The position numbers and the translations under genes are program-made. 64,000 nucleotides of DNA from Octopus sinensis (Eukaryota): positions 63,922,001-63,986,000 of the forward strand of contig NC_043010.1 in the NCBI RefSeq assembly GCF_006345805.1. Direction: 5' to 3'. The notes beneath the pieces were generated by a model. The model did not search any database. It saw only the letters and a program-made list of their open reading frames with translations, and was not told the DNA's origin. Position 1 is the stretch's first letter; every line of letters starts with the position of its first letter. Shown here one piece after another: positions 39,372 to 52,645 of this stretch.

Positions 39372-40469
39372 CAGTCTAACATTTCATTTCTGATGGTGAG
39401 GTGTACACCAATTACATTAGCCTTGTCTACTATAAAGAGACAGCAACATATACCAGAATCACTTTACACTGAAGATGAGATCACAAAGGTGTGGAACCTT
39501 CATGATGGATTAGGACTGAAAGTTACTCACAAAAATATGATGAAACCTTGATCAACAAGATAAAGACTAAAGCACACTCGTACTTTCAATACAATGTGTC
39601 TAATATGAAAACAATTCCTGATGCATACGTACATGCATACACACCCACATGGTGGAAGTCAACATGTATATGAATAACCAAGTAAGACCACTTCCAAAAC
39701 TCTGTAAGTCTATGCAAACATTCCAAGAGTTTGAGAAATGTTTGCTTTGAGTGGATCAAGTGTTTTCCCAGCACTGAATCCAATCTTCATCACAATCTGC
39801 TCCAATAAAACCAATGGCAGAACAGGAGTAGAGACGGCCAGAGACCAACTGCACTTCAGGATTTTTTTGTTTCATATGAGTTTACCTTCTCCTAGGAGGA
39901 AGTTCTAATGAGAACTAGGGGCCCTTCACTGCTATTGGTTCATATGCTTGTTAACCCATAGCTGGGACCCTGAAAGGGGCTACTACTCCAGGTCAGAGTA
40001 CACTCGGGAAAATAGTGGTCCCACACTCCTCAAAACTCTGGAACTACCAATCCAGGTCCCACTATTAAATGCAGTTTAAATACATACTGTATATATACTA
40101 TACATCTATGTTACAACTATAGCTATATTTATGCATACATGCTGACAACTGATGTTGGTTTGTTTACATTCCTGTAACTTAGCAGTTTGGCAAAAGTGGC
40201 CTATAGAACAAGTACTAGAATCATTTTGTTAGACCAAAACCCTTTGTCCTTTCTCTAAGCTCTGTGACTTCTTCAGCAATTCTTTATCCCATGTGTCTCC
40301 TCTTGTGCTGTTTAGTCCGTTCTATATATATATACATATACATAAAAGTCTAGCTGACACTGCTCTGGAATTGTTCCAATTTTCATAATGTCAGCTCATA
40401 TATATCATATATATATATATATATATGTACACACACACGACCTATTTGTGTAGTTCTCTATGAAATGCT

Positions 40470-41280
40470 GTTGTTACTAACAGGATTTTTTTTCTGACAT
40501 AGCTGTAACTTCAGTACCTTCTGGGACAATTGTTAGCATAAGAGGAAGTTATTTCAAGGAAATATCGGAAAGGTCTTAGGTTGAAACTTCATGTGTATGC
40601 CCAAGAGTGACTGTTTGGTTAAGAAGAGTGTTTTGCAACTACACTGTTCTGAATACAGTCTTATAGCTTAGCTCCATGATCAAATATAGGTGGAGCTTTG
40701 ATTTAACCAGTTGACCCCAAGCTGTTGAATAAAATGCATGAATGGAATGTATCCTGTACAGAAATCTTATATAAATTTATTAGGTAGCTTGGTGAATCGT
40801 CTAAAAGGAACAACATTTTGTTGGAAACATTATTCTTGCACTGTACATTCTACAGTAGGATAAAAAATCTTTTGTAAGCCACTCTTCTGAAGAGCTCTTA
40901 GTTATCCAAGCCTACTAATTTGAATGCCAAATCAAAGGTAAGATTAAACTTTGAATAACTCTTGAAAGCACTTGGACTTTAAGAGTGATACAAGAGTAGG
41001 GCTTAAATTTCATACCATCAGTGTCGTTTCTTCCCAGAAGTGTCACATGATTTTTTTGAAGCTTTAATCTCTGAGTTTGAATTTTCGTTTCAATAAATAA
41101 CAGCTTGGACAAGCATGCACTTCTAGAAAAGTGCAGCTTCATCAACATTGTACAATTGCTCTGGTGTAGAACCCACTTCAGCTTCTTAGGATAATTAACT
41201 GCAACTTTGGTATCAGCGCTAACAGTTTCATCAATCAAATTTGTAGTGAAAATCCAAGTGCTTCTTAAATCTTTCAAACC
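40470..41280 (-). mobile_element. Tigger/pogo DDE transposase relic
   Basis: ..KNHVTLLGRNDTDGMKFKP..LPLIWHSN*AWI..EEW..YC....NKMLFLLD.., then RTFRYF..KYWKSY; matches the Tigger pattern (KDRITLL, LPVIWRSNKKAW, LLILDNAP). Confidence 0.7.
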
Positions 41281-41465
41281 AGACTTGTGAGAAAATGTTT
41301 AATCGTTATCCTATTTCTGCAAATCATCAAACTTTTTGTTAATTTCCGCACTGCTTAATTGGCTGAATTACACTGAAACTAATCCTCAATTCATATGCTC
41401 AAAAGCCATACGATTTTAAACTTTACGTTATATCTATAAAAAAAAATAATGTCTGAGCAGTCAAC

Positions 41466-41880
41466 ATTTCATTTCATTTCATTTGAGTTTGAGTCCATGC
41501 TCAGGCCAAGTCGAAGACTCCACCCTCAGAGTCTGGTGTGGTTGCCAGGTTGTATTCTCTGTTTAATTTTGACATGTGTAGGAGCGAGTTTGAGTCAGTT
41601 TGTGCTCGTTGTGTATATCCTGGGAGATGGGGTTCATCTCTAATGGTGCTTAAGTATCTATCCAGCTGCAATTTGAATGATTCCACACTGCATCCTGATA
41701 GATTTCTGACATGTACCGGAATGGAGTTGAATAGTTGTGCTCCTCGAACCAACAGACTTGACTCTCGCAGGGTTTTTGCTGCCTGGCCAGCCTTTTTGAG
41801 TAGCTTCTTGAGCACTTAGCTTTTTCTTTTGTCACATAATGCTCCCACTGCAGATGGTGCAAGCAGTGTGGCTGATTTCA
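41466..41880 (-). mobile_element. CR1/L2-type LINE 3' fragment
   Basis: RGAQLFNSIPVHVRNL..SVESFKLQLDRYLSTIRDEP; (ATGAA)n tail. Confidence 0.8.
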
Positions 41881-41915
41881 TTTTTTCTTGCATCAAGTTT
41901 TTCAAAAGATCAAAT

Positions 41916-42574
41916 TTAACTCTTTGGCACTCAGATTACTCTGCCAAATGTAATGCTTATTTATTCACATTGTTTAGAATTAATCATGGCATTATCTCAT
42001 AGTTTTGAAGGTGGTGAGCTGGCAGAAATGTTAAAACGCCGGGCGAAATGCTTCGTGGTATTTCGTCTGCTGTTACGTTCTGAGTTCAAATTCCACCGAG
42101 GTTGACTTTGCCTTTCATCCTTTCGGGGTCGATTAAATAAGTACCTGTTATGCACTGGGGTCAACATAATCGACTTAATCTGTTTGTCTCCTCTATGTTT
42201 AGCTCCTTGTGAGCAATAAAAAAATAAGAAACGTTAGCACGCCGGGTGAAATGCTTCATAGTATTTTGGCTGTCTTTACATTCTGAGTTCAAATTCTGCT
42301 GAGGTCGACTTTGCCTTTAATCCTTTCGGGGTCGATAAATTAAGTACCAGTTGTGTACTGGGGTCGATCTAATTGACTGGCCCCCTCCCCCAAAATTTCA
42401 GGCCTTGTGCCTAGAGTAGAAAACATTATCTCATAGTTTTGAGATTTCAATCATGTGATTGTTTATTTTCAGAATTACATTGTAGGGTAGGTGTGAGAGG
42501 CTGGATCTATCCAATTTGAACTATAAGCAGAATATTTTGGCTGGACATGGCTGGCCTAAATGCTAAAGAGTTAA
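41916..42574. mobile_element. piggyBac-like MITE containing a nested SINE dimer
   Basis: TTAA-CTCTTTGGCA ... TGCTAAAGAG-TTAA; internal sequence homologous to 9661-9888 in reverse. Confidence 0.8.
42009..42423 (+). mobile_element. Family B SINE dimer (two different tails) within a single 19-bp TSD
   Basis: TSD CATTATCTCATAGTTTTGA at 41990-42008 and 42424-42442. Confidence 0.88.
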
Positions 42575-44274
42575 GATGCTGTGTGATCTCATTACACACT
42601 ACTTTTCACACTACTGCCTTCAGTTCCAGTTGATGGTTTCTTTTCAGATATTTTAAATTGTAGGTCAATCTAACAACAGTGGTGATCAGCAAATATTCGC
42701 AACAATTATGTCACGAAAGAAAGTAGTAATAGGAGTGCTTTGTGAAAGCAAAAAAACAAAAATCAAATCATTCTTATAGACTTTAAAATTGAAATGAAAA
42801 TATGAAAGAATGAAGGAGCGAGGTGGGAGGATGTACTATATGATTACAGTTAGTTGATGAGTTACTAGACTGATGAGCACTTAACTAAGTCATAAAAAAC
42901 TGCATTCTTTGTTGTCTCTCTCTCTCTCTCTCTCTCATGCACACACATACACCCCCTCACATAGTGACATACAACATATGTAGCTACAGACATTGCCATC
43001 CTGCTGATATTAATATTGTTGTTTCCAGTTGGTTATACTTAAGTTGGTGGACAGGGAGTGGTGGTGGTGATGGTTGTATCGGCTTTGGTGCTGGTGGTAG
43101 TGATGGTGGTGGTCATATTGCTCTTGTAAATTGTATTGATGCTTCTATTTAGTCTTAAGTCAATCCTGTGATCAGAGAGATTCCAATCAACTTTCAAAAT
43201 ACACTGGGGCGCCACATTATCCTCATGTTATTGTCTTTATTGTAGATGGAACTATTTATCTTATTTGCACTATTGTTGCAGTTGGTGTTAGTCATAAGGG
43301 AGTTGGTGAATTAGTAATGGCAGCAGCTGTACTGGTTTTGGTGTTGATGATAGATAGTGGTGGGGCTGGTGAAGAATGATTTATACACATCTATCCATCT
43401 ACTCACCCATCCATCCATCCATTCACTCATTCATTGATCCAACAATCCGTTCACACACACACACACACACACACACAAAACAGATGTGTACATGTGTGTA
43501 TAGGATGAGATTTACACAAGATTCAATTTCTGACAGGATGTTGATCTGTTAAACTATGTTATGGGTGTGACTCCATTCTTGCCATTGACTAACTTCCTTC
43601 GTTTACTTATTCCTACGTTCTTGGCAACGACATGTTTTAATTCCTGTCTTTCTCAGTTATTTATGACAGCACAGGAAGAGGACATCTTATGTGAGAAGTG
43701 TCAGCTGTTTTTAATGGACAAACTGACACACACACACACACACACACACACTTATGGGCTCAGCATGGCCAAATGGTTAAGAAGGTTGCTTCATACTAAT
43801 GAAGTCACTGGTTCAATTCCACCACATAGCATCTTGGTCGAGAGTAATTTCTTATGGTATAGAGTCAGCTCAAACATTGTAAATAAAAATGGGATAGAAG
43901 TCTGTTGGGTGGATTATACTTGTAACTGAAAAATTCTCGTTTGTCATAGATTGTGTCATGGTGAATCTGCTTGTCATTACGCTAAGGGTGTTCGTGTGGG
44001 TAGAATGCCTGCTTACACACTAATTACATGAACAAGTCAGTCAGTTGATCAAACAACTGAATATTCATCATTCACTCTCTCTCTCTCTCACACACACTAA
44101 CACAATTTGAAAGTGTGCTGGAAGGCATGGCATGGTAGTTTTTTTGGTGATAATTTCTTCAATCAAATTACACAACAGTCCAGTTGGCTTGCATAATAAC
44201 AACAAGTGGATTGTGGAAACTCATGTATGTCACATAAAGTGTAACAATATCAATTACATTATGTGTGTGTGTGC

Positions 44275-44323
<49 letters not shown>

Positions 44324-44447
44324 CATACATACACACAAACACACATATATATACATACACACATATATACAGACAAATACATAATATCAATATATATATA
44401 TACACACATATATATATATACATACATATACATATATATATATGCAT

Positions 44448-44501
<54 letters not shown>

Positions 44502-45126
44502 GCTGGGGAGTGAATCATCCATTTCAGAGAAATAAAATCTACAGCATGTGTTGAATATTCTGTTTCTCAGACTAGTTGGATATAGTATACAAGTATCTAG
44601 CTGTGGTAGAAAAAGTAGAGTGTAAGGACAGTGTGTGCAGGGGTTATACGTTGGAGTGTGTTAGTGGTTGGTTTCTTATCAACCAATCATACGTTTGGGA
44701 TGAATGTGGTCTAGGAAGTTTTTGTGTAACAATCACTCTATTCCAGGTGTAGGAACACTACATGAGACCATTATGGGTTTGTGCAGAATCAGTGGTTGCT
44801 TGGGGCAAAAGATTTTCTGGCTCTGAAGTGTAAGGCTAGGAGGTGCAGTTTTGCTTATGTTATGCATAAATGTGAGACCAGCTGGAGCAATCCTCAGTAG
44901 GTGTAGAGTTTGGTAGCATTTGTAGTGACTTGAGGATTAGAGAGTCTGTGTTTAGAAAGGTTAAAGTAGAAAATTGTTTCATTGATATGTGCAGTGTGTT
45001 ACTTGTTTGATGTGGAACTGGTTTGTCTTTGATCTGACCTGATGTGTGCTAACAAGTAACTGCAGATGATGATGAATGCCTTGTGATGTTGAGACAACAT
45101 CATTGAATCTGCCTTTCTAATTACAG

Positions 45127-45300
45127 GTGATGGTGACTGCTGGTGGAGAGTGGACAGAACTACAAAAAGTAGAAGATTGTGTTTTCCAAGGACTTGTGGA
45201 TCTCAGTCGGCCAGAAATGGCAGAAGGTGGTAAAGTACATATGAATGTGAAGGGCAAAGGTACAGGCCAGTACACCACGTATTTGGAGTATGATGTCTAA
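45127..45300 (+). CDS. Terminal coding exon of a second hillarin/KY-like paralog (VMVTAGGEWTELQKVEDCVFQGLVDLSRPEMAEGGKVHMNVKGKGTGQYTTYLEYDV*)
   Basis: Acceptor ctttctaattacag|GTG at 45126/45127, phase 0; an in-frame TAA at 45118-45120 excludes an unspliced extension; 57 codons plus TAA at 45298-45300. Aligns end to end with the last 56 aa of the minus-strand protein (V-V-A, WT-L-K, G-V-L, V--N, T-LEY-V-stop). Confidence 0.75.
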   Translation: MMVTAGGEWTELQKVEDCVFQGLVDLSRPEMAEGGKVHMNVKGKGTGQYTTYLEYDV

Positions 45301-46528
45301 AGCCATAGGGATGATCCCTCTTCCCACTGACTTCTTCAATGATTTATACTTTAATTAATTCCTTTTTTTATTTTTGCCTTTTTTTCCCCCCACATGTTAT
45401 GTTCTTTTTTTTCACTAAAAACTCATGTTTTATGCACTAAATTTACATTCTGAACTTAAAGACTTTGCTTTGTCCGAAGTTGTTATCGTTGTTGGTGTTA
45501 TGATTATTATTATTAAACAGGGCAGTGGATTAAAAGAACTGGTAGAGTGGTGGACAAAACACTTTGCAGTATTTAGTTACATCACTGTATGTTCTGGGTT
45601 TGAATCCTGCCAAAAGTGGTTCTACTTTAGATAAAATAAGAACAAGTGAAGTACTGCAATCTATTTGATTGACTGAACCCCCTCCACAAGAACTTATGGC
45701 CTTGTGTCTGTTTGTCTGAGAACTCAGTTATTACAATGGTCAGTGGATTGATAGAGTTAGTGAAAAGGCAGATGGAAATCTATTTTAGCATTTGGTTATA
45801 ACTCATAACATTCTGAGTTCAATTCCTGCCGTGACACATTTTGTCTTCCATTTTTCTGGGGCTTGATAAAAAAAAAGTATCAGTCAAGTACTGGGAGAGA
45901 CCATTCCCATTCTAAATTCGTAACCTGATAAAATCATAGCAGTGCCAGAAAAAAAGGCCTCATAGTTTTACTTCTAGCACTGAGTTCAAATTCCACCAAG
46001 GTCAACTCAGCCTTTCATCTCTTCAGGGTTAACAAAATAAATTACCAGTAAAGTACTGGGATTGATGGTATTGACTTGCCTCACCCTCCACTCAAAATTG
46101 CTGGCCATGTGCCTAAATTAGAAACACTTATTTATATTATAAAATCATAACCAGTTTTCATTATTTATTTAAAATGTGCTTCAAAAATGCTACTGAAGTG
46201 GCTTTAAATGACCTTCACAGGAACACATGCAAATTGATGGCCCTTGTGGGGACACATGTAATTTATTACCTTGGAATGCTACATAATTCACCTCTAAAAT
46301 TTTGTGTCTTGTTTGAGTGTCAAGGCTTGCTAAATTGTATCACACTGTCTCACACATATCTATGTCAACGAGATATTCAATGTTCAGTATAGTGTTTTGA
46401 CAATCCGTTTGTTATTGATTGACAGACAACATAAAGCTTAAGGGTTCTCACCTGAAATTCATTGTGAATAAACAATTGAAATATCTCAACTATTTTGTTG
46501 CTTGTCATTATTATATTTTGCACACACC

Positions 46529-46560
<32 letters not shown>

Positions 46561-46803
46561 ACAAAAGAAAGTAGCACACAACACATTTGGTAAGAATGAC
46601 ATATGTAACGGAGCTGAGTCAAACTGTTATTAAATACGTGGAGGTGCACGGATTAGTGGTTAGGGTGTTGGACGCATGATTGTAAGATTTCGATTTGTGG
46701 ACCGAGTGATGTGTTCTTGAGCAAAACCTCATTTCATGTTGCTCCAGTCCACTCAGCTGGCAAAAATGAGTAACCCTGCGAAGGATCAGCATCCTGTCCA
46801 GAT

Positions 46804-46993
46804 GGGCACAGGAGTAGCTGTGTGGTAAGTAGCTTGCTTCCCAATCACATGGTTCCGGGTTCAGTCCCACTGCGTGGCACCTTGGGCAAGTGTCTTCTGC
46901 TATAGCCCCGGGCCGACCAAAGCCTTGTTAGTGGATTTGGTAGACGGAAACTGAAAGAAGCTCGTCATATATATGTATATATATATATATAAT

Positions 46994-47040
<47 letters not shown>

Positions 47041-47044
47041 TAAT

Positions 47045-47128
<84 letters not shown>

Positions 47129-47345
47129 CGTGTATGTTTGTACGTCTGTTTGTCCCCCTAGCATTGCTTGACAACCGATGCTGGTGTGTTTATGTCCCTG
47201 TCACTTAGCAGTTTGGCAAAAAGAGACCGATAGAATTAAGTACTGGGCTTACAAAGACTAAGTCCCGGGGTCGAGTTGCTCGATTAAAGGCGGTGCTCCA
47301 GCATGGCCGCAGTCAGATGACTGAAACAAGTAAAAGAGTAAAGAG
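46804..47345 (+). mobile_element. Full-length family A SINE with an expanded internal (TA)n
   Basis: Head, body and tail as in 19704-20110; the internal tract is about 170 bp. Confidence 0.9.
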
Positions 47346-48069
47346 TAAGGGGAATATGTACGCCACTGAAACCAGGAAACTGGTCCTTATGAGCCTGCCA
47401 TGGCTTGAGAAGGAAACACCAAATGTAAATGTATGTTATATGTATATCTATATGTTGTTAATAACACCCAGAAGAAGGCGCTTCTTTTCCACCCACCAAA
47501 GTGAATGGAACTTTGGCCAGGAGGAACTGATGTCATCAGACAGTATCCAACGATCGTCCAGGGTCTCAATCACTCCTTCTGGCTCTCAGCATAACTCTTC
47601 TCTTTTGCTCCACAACAGGAAAAAGACTCTTTTTGCTGCCTCTTCCATCCTGTGCACACACACACACACACATCCTCAACATTGTTTTAATGTCCACTTT
47701 TCCATGCTTGCACGGGTCAGATTTTCTACAGCTGGATGCCCACCCTGTTGCCCTGCTCCAAATCCTTGTTTGTAAAACAAAGTAATGTTTCTCCATGGCC
47801 ACACATATTTCCTCCGAAGAATGGAAATGACTTGACACTGCTTGTATGACAATGACACTCGTTTACGACTATCACCTAATGGCAAGGCTTGGACACACAC
47901 AACTGGCTTCTTTCAATTTCTGTTGACTGAATCTACCCACAAGGCTTTTGTTGTCCTGGAGCTATAGTAGAAGACATTGCCCAAGGTACCATAAAGTCTG
48001 ACTGAAGCTGAAACCATGAGGTTGGAGAGCAAACATCTGAACCACACAGGCACACCTCTATGTGTTTGT

Positions 48070-48173
48070 GTGTGGGCTATGTATGTCTATATTTATCTAT
48101 CTGCCTCTCTGTCTGTCTATCTATCTATCTGTTTGTCGCTCTCCTTTTCTCTCTATCTATCTATGTCTATCTA

Positions 48174-48208
<35 letters not shown>

Positions 48209-48370
48209 GTCTGTCACTCTCTCTCTCTTTATCTATCTATTTGCCTCTGTCTATGTATCTATCTGCCTGTCTGTCTATTTATATCTGTCTATGTGTCTAT
48301 TTAGCTATCTATCTAGCTAGCTGTCTGTCTGTCTATTTATCTATCTACCTACCTACCTACCTACCTATCT
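48070..48370. repeat. (CTAT)/(CTGT)/(CTAC) tetranucleotide compound repeat
   Basis: Directly visible. Confidence 0.9.
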
Positions 48371-49863
48371 ACATACCCATGCATATATTTGATATACCTG
48401 TGAGCGAGAGTGTGTGTCTATATAAGTTTATGTGTGTGTGTCTGTATAAATCTCAGTCAAAGTGCACTATAAAAAAATGACACATTGTTTTAATGTGATC
48501 CTAGATCAGAAAAAGGTCCCTGCCCTCAACACCCACTCAAAACTCAATAGCTTGATCATATCTTTTTTTTTTTTAGAGCTGAGTTCAGGCTAAACCACAA
48601 GAATAACTTGACTATAACTGTTACCCAAGCAGAAGGATTCTCCCCCTGTAGACTCTACTTCAGATCTTCTTAGATTAAGCCCCACCTATCTGGAAAACCA
48701 TTCCAGTCATGACTATCTCATAGTTTGCTTTTATCAAATGTAATTCTATTATTTTAGCTCTTATCTTAATCACTAGACTGTGGCCATGCTGGGGCACTTG
48801 CTTTTATATTGACAATTGTTTTATCAAATAGCTAAGTTATACATTTGAGATAAAGGGTCACAATTCAACACACCACTGAACATAAACACTCACATGTATG
48901 CATGTTTACATGTATACATATGTGAAGGACCCTCCTATGGAAGACGGTATATGAGCGTTCAGCTTTTGCTGAATGACCTGCACAACTGATTTCTTTTATA
49001 GTGACCAAACATTCGTGCCACACATGAACTCACTCCCTGCATCAAATCGATGCTGTCTGGACAGGTTCACTGTGTGCCACATGTTGAAGTGATCACAGAG
49101 CAACATGAGATGAAGTGTTTTGCTCAAGAACACAATGCACCACCCAGTCTAGGAATTGAAACCCCAATCACCATATTGTGAATGCAACACCCTAACTAGG
49201 CCGTGCATAATCACACACACACACAAATTCTTTTATTCTTTCACTTGTTTCAATCATTGGACTGCAGCCATACTAGGGCACTGCCTTGTTGAATTTCATT
49301 TGAACAAATTGACCCCAGTACTTATATTTTATCTTTATATTCTATCAGTCTCTTTCACTGAACTGCTAAGTTATGAGGACATAAACACCAACACTGGCTG
49401 TCAAGCAGTGATGAAGGACAAACACACCCACCCACGTATATACATACATGCACATGTATGTATATGTTTCCATCTACCAAATCCACTCACAAGGCTTTGG
49501 TTGCCCTCAGGTTATAGTAGAAGACACTTGCCCAAGGTGCCATGCAGTGGGACTGAACCCAGAACCGTGTGGCTGGGAAGCAAATTTCTTACAACACAGC
49601 CACACTTGTGCCTGTTGTTGTTATATATATAAATATAAAACAACAAAATTTTACATAGAGTTACTGAAGGTTTTGTACCTACAAAGGCAAGCCTTGTGGA
49701 CAGCTCACCAGACTTTATATGAATATACAAAATTTTAAAATATCTATATCACAGACATAAGGAAATGCTCAGAACTCGATGAATACGGAAAAACATAAAT
49801 GAGTACGGGTTATTTCCTCTTAATCAGAAGGGGAAAAAAAATTCTTAACAGACTTGGAGAAGC

Positions 49864-50754
49864 CTAACAAGCAAACAGGGAGATCCAATTTTCTAGTAAG
49901 TAGCATTTGAAATGGATACATTTAGAAAACACTTCTTTATGGCTGTTTAATGCGCCAGGCTTCTTAAAGACTTTAATAATTTTGGTTCTCTTCATGATGC
50001 AGATCTTGTAACGGCCACTTTCATTAATATATGGGTCCAGATAATCAATTAATTTCCACCTGACAACACACAGAGTCCCTTGATCTCTGAGATGCCACAC
50101 ATAGCAGGCCAGGGATATGACAAACTGTCTTTCTGGGACTCTGAAGGATGACTGGTAGTTAAGAAAACGTTTCTTAAATGAAGTACTTGCTGAACCAGTA
50201 TATTTATAAACATGGGATGTGGCCCTATTCGCACTCCTGGTAACATATGGCACAGGGCTGGTCATCCTATTGGCGTCAAAGATGAATGTTTGGTCCTCAT
50301 CTGCAGTGGCGGAACTGGGAATGGCAGATATCTCCTTCAAGTCATTGGTTCTGGATAGGTTGTTATTTCCATGTGTGGCATTTGTACTGGTCACTCTATC
50401 TGCATCTATGGTTTGTTCATTATCCATGGCGGTGGTACTGTGATCTTCGGTGATGCTGGTCCTGGCTTGGTTATTATCTCTGGGTGTGGCAACTGTATTA
50501 GTGCGAGTCCTGGTTAATCTGCCAATAATATTTCTGTTTGATGTTACATTACTGTCATTATGGATATTAGGTCTAGGTATCACCATAGCCTCAGAGATGA
50601 CCCCTTCAGCCTCGCATCGACCTCCTATTGGATAGTTATTATATACCTTGCAAGAGCAATCTGCCTCCTCTCTTGTATTGTGAGTACTTGATAACATGTT
50701 TTTTATGTTAGGTGCACAACTAAAGGAGACTCCTGGGTTGTGTCTGTTAAACAA
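49864..50754 (-). mobile_element. Penelope-like GIY-YIG endonuclease region with a long low-complexity spacer
   Basis: 296 open codons: CSC..YPIGGRC (CxC..CPxxGxC-like), GVISEAMV...YKYTG..SFKKRFLNYQSSF, LACYVWHL, RWKLI, ICIMKR..I, LNSHKE..SKCIH; this is the motif order of PLE-type GIY-YIG domains. The ATG shown is probably not a true start. Confidence 0.75.
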
Positions 50755-51374
50755 ATGCCTGTATCTATGTGTGTGTGTAAATGTTTGTCTATCAATTTAA
50801 AGAAAATATTTCCACACATAACATCTGCCTTCCATACTGGTATGGGTTGGATGGTTTGACAGTTGCTGGCCAGAATTCCCTGTCGTTCTAGCTGTAACTA
50901 AATAGATCAAGTGATGTTATCGAAAGTGAGCGAGTGAGAAAGTAAGAGAGTGGTGAATGGGACAACTGTATCGTTGGTGAATTCCATAGCTGTCCCTCCA
51001 TGAAGTTCTGTCAAGACAGTATTTCGAACCGTTTAGCCTACTCTCTATCGTTTGCTCTCACTAACTAATTTCTTTTATTCGGCACACAGGCCATGACACA
51101 GAGGGGACAGCACAAGGTAAAAACAAAAAACATTTAGGGGCTGAGTATTTATAATAACACATTCCAACTTGAAAGATGGATATACCTTATAACAATAGCT
51201 AAATAATAGGTCACTCATTATCTATTTCAACTTTTCATGGCATAGAAAAGGTCAAGAGTCAAGTGGAAAACACACATCAACGTTTATCCCTGACAAAACA
51301 ATAGGTCGTATGGCTAGGGAGAATTTACAGATTCAGTTTCGAATCTCAGGTCGGGCTAAGAGAGGTCCCACACA

Positions 51375-51416
<42 letters not shown>

Positions 51417-52224
51417 ATGTCTCTGCCTTGTTTCCACCAGACATATTCCACTCACATAGTCTTGGTCAATCCAAGACTACATTAGAAAATAATTGTTCAA
51501 GAAGCTGGGCAGTAGAAGAGAGGATGGAATCGGGTATCTGTGAAGTGAACTTCTTAACTGCAACAGCTACTTCTAATGAATTTTTTTAAAGTACAAATAA
51601 AGAATTGGAATTATAAAATAATAAAAACAGAACTCATGAGAAAAGCTTTCAAGAGCCCGTTGACGTTGGTATATAAATACAAAAATTGTAATGATATAAG
51701 TACCAAGAAACACGAAGATTTCTTATCAAGACAACGTCTTCTATAAAATACATGGAAAAGTGTAGGAACGAAAATTGTTTAGTGAGTACAAAACCAGGTC
51801 CAAATTATTTTACAAACACGGTCGACTTTTTTCAATCTTAATATCGAACCAAACACAGGTATAATACTAATTATCATTATTAATTATATTTTTACATCAA
51901 ACGAATCAAATAAATCCAGAAGTAGAAATGTTTGAAATTAGTCAAAAAAATGCTTCTACGTTCGTTTGTTTTGGTGATGAAGTTTTTCAGGCGGATGTTG
52001 AAAGCATTTTCATTATCCCCCACTTGAAAAAATTCTTAGGGGTTGCGCTTGCATGCCTTGTTCTTGAGCCAATGAATAAATCCTCCTGGAAAAAGTCCCC
52101 ACAAACCCCCCCCCCCCCCAAAAACGGGAAAAGACGACCAGAAAATTTACGTTTTGTTTATGAAACAGGGAGAGTTGCTTCCCTTGTTTTATTGGCGGGA
52201 GAAATTGTTACTCAGAAGAAATAG

Positions 52225-52645
52225 TTATTTCTGTATTGCCCACAGTTGGGGGTTAAACATAGAAGGGACAAACAAGGACGACTAAAGGATTAAGTAGATT
52301 ACATCGACCTCAGTGCGTAACTGGTACCTATTTAATCGACTCCGAAAGGATGAAAGGCAAAGTCGACCTCGGCGGAATTTGAAATCAGAACGTAGCGGCA
52401 GACGGAATACCTATTTCTTTATTGCCCACAAGGGGCTAAACATAGAGGGGTCAAACAAGGACAGACAAAGGGATTTAGTCGATTATATCGACCCCAGTAC
52501 GTAACTGGTACTTAATTTATCGACCCCGAAAGGATGAAAGGCAAAGTCGACCTCGGCGGAATTTGAACTCAGAACGTAGCGGCAGACGAAATACCGCTAA
52601 GCATTTCGCCCGGCGTGCTAACGATTCTGCCAGCTCGCCGCCTTG
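52225..52645 (-). mobile_element. Family B SINE dimer
   Basis: Two cores; junction gacggaatac|ctatttc near 52410. Confidence 0.9.

Noticed and set aside
42600-43730. Several AG-preceded open stretches considered as upstream exons of the + paralog
   Set aside because: None translates to anything resembling the hillarin/KY repeats, and most hit stops without a donor site.
47293-47900. ORFs of 160, 90 and 74 aa
   Set aside because: They start in a SINE tail or cross (CA)n and retroposon tail fragments; no recognisable domain or convincing splice context.
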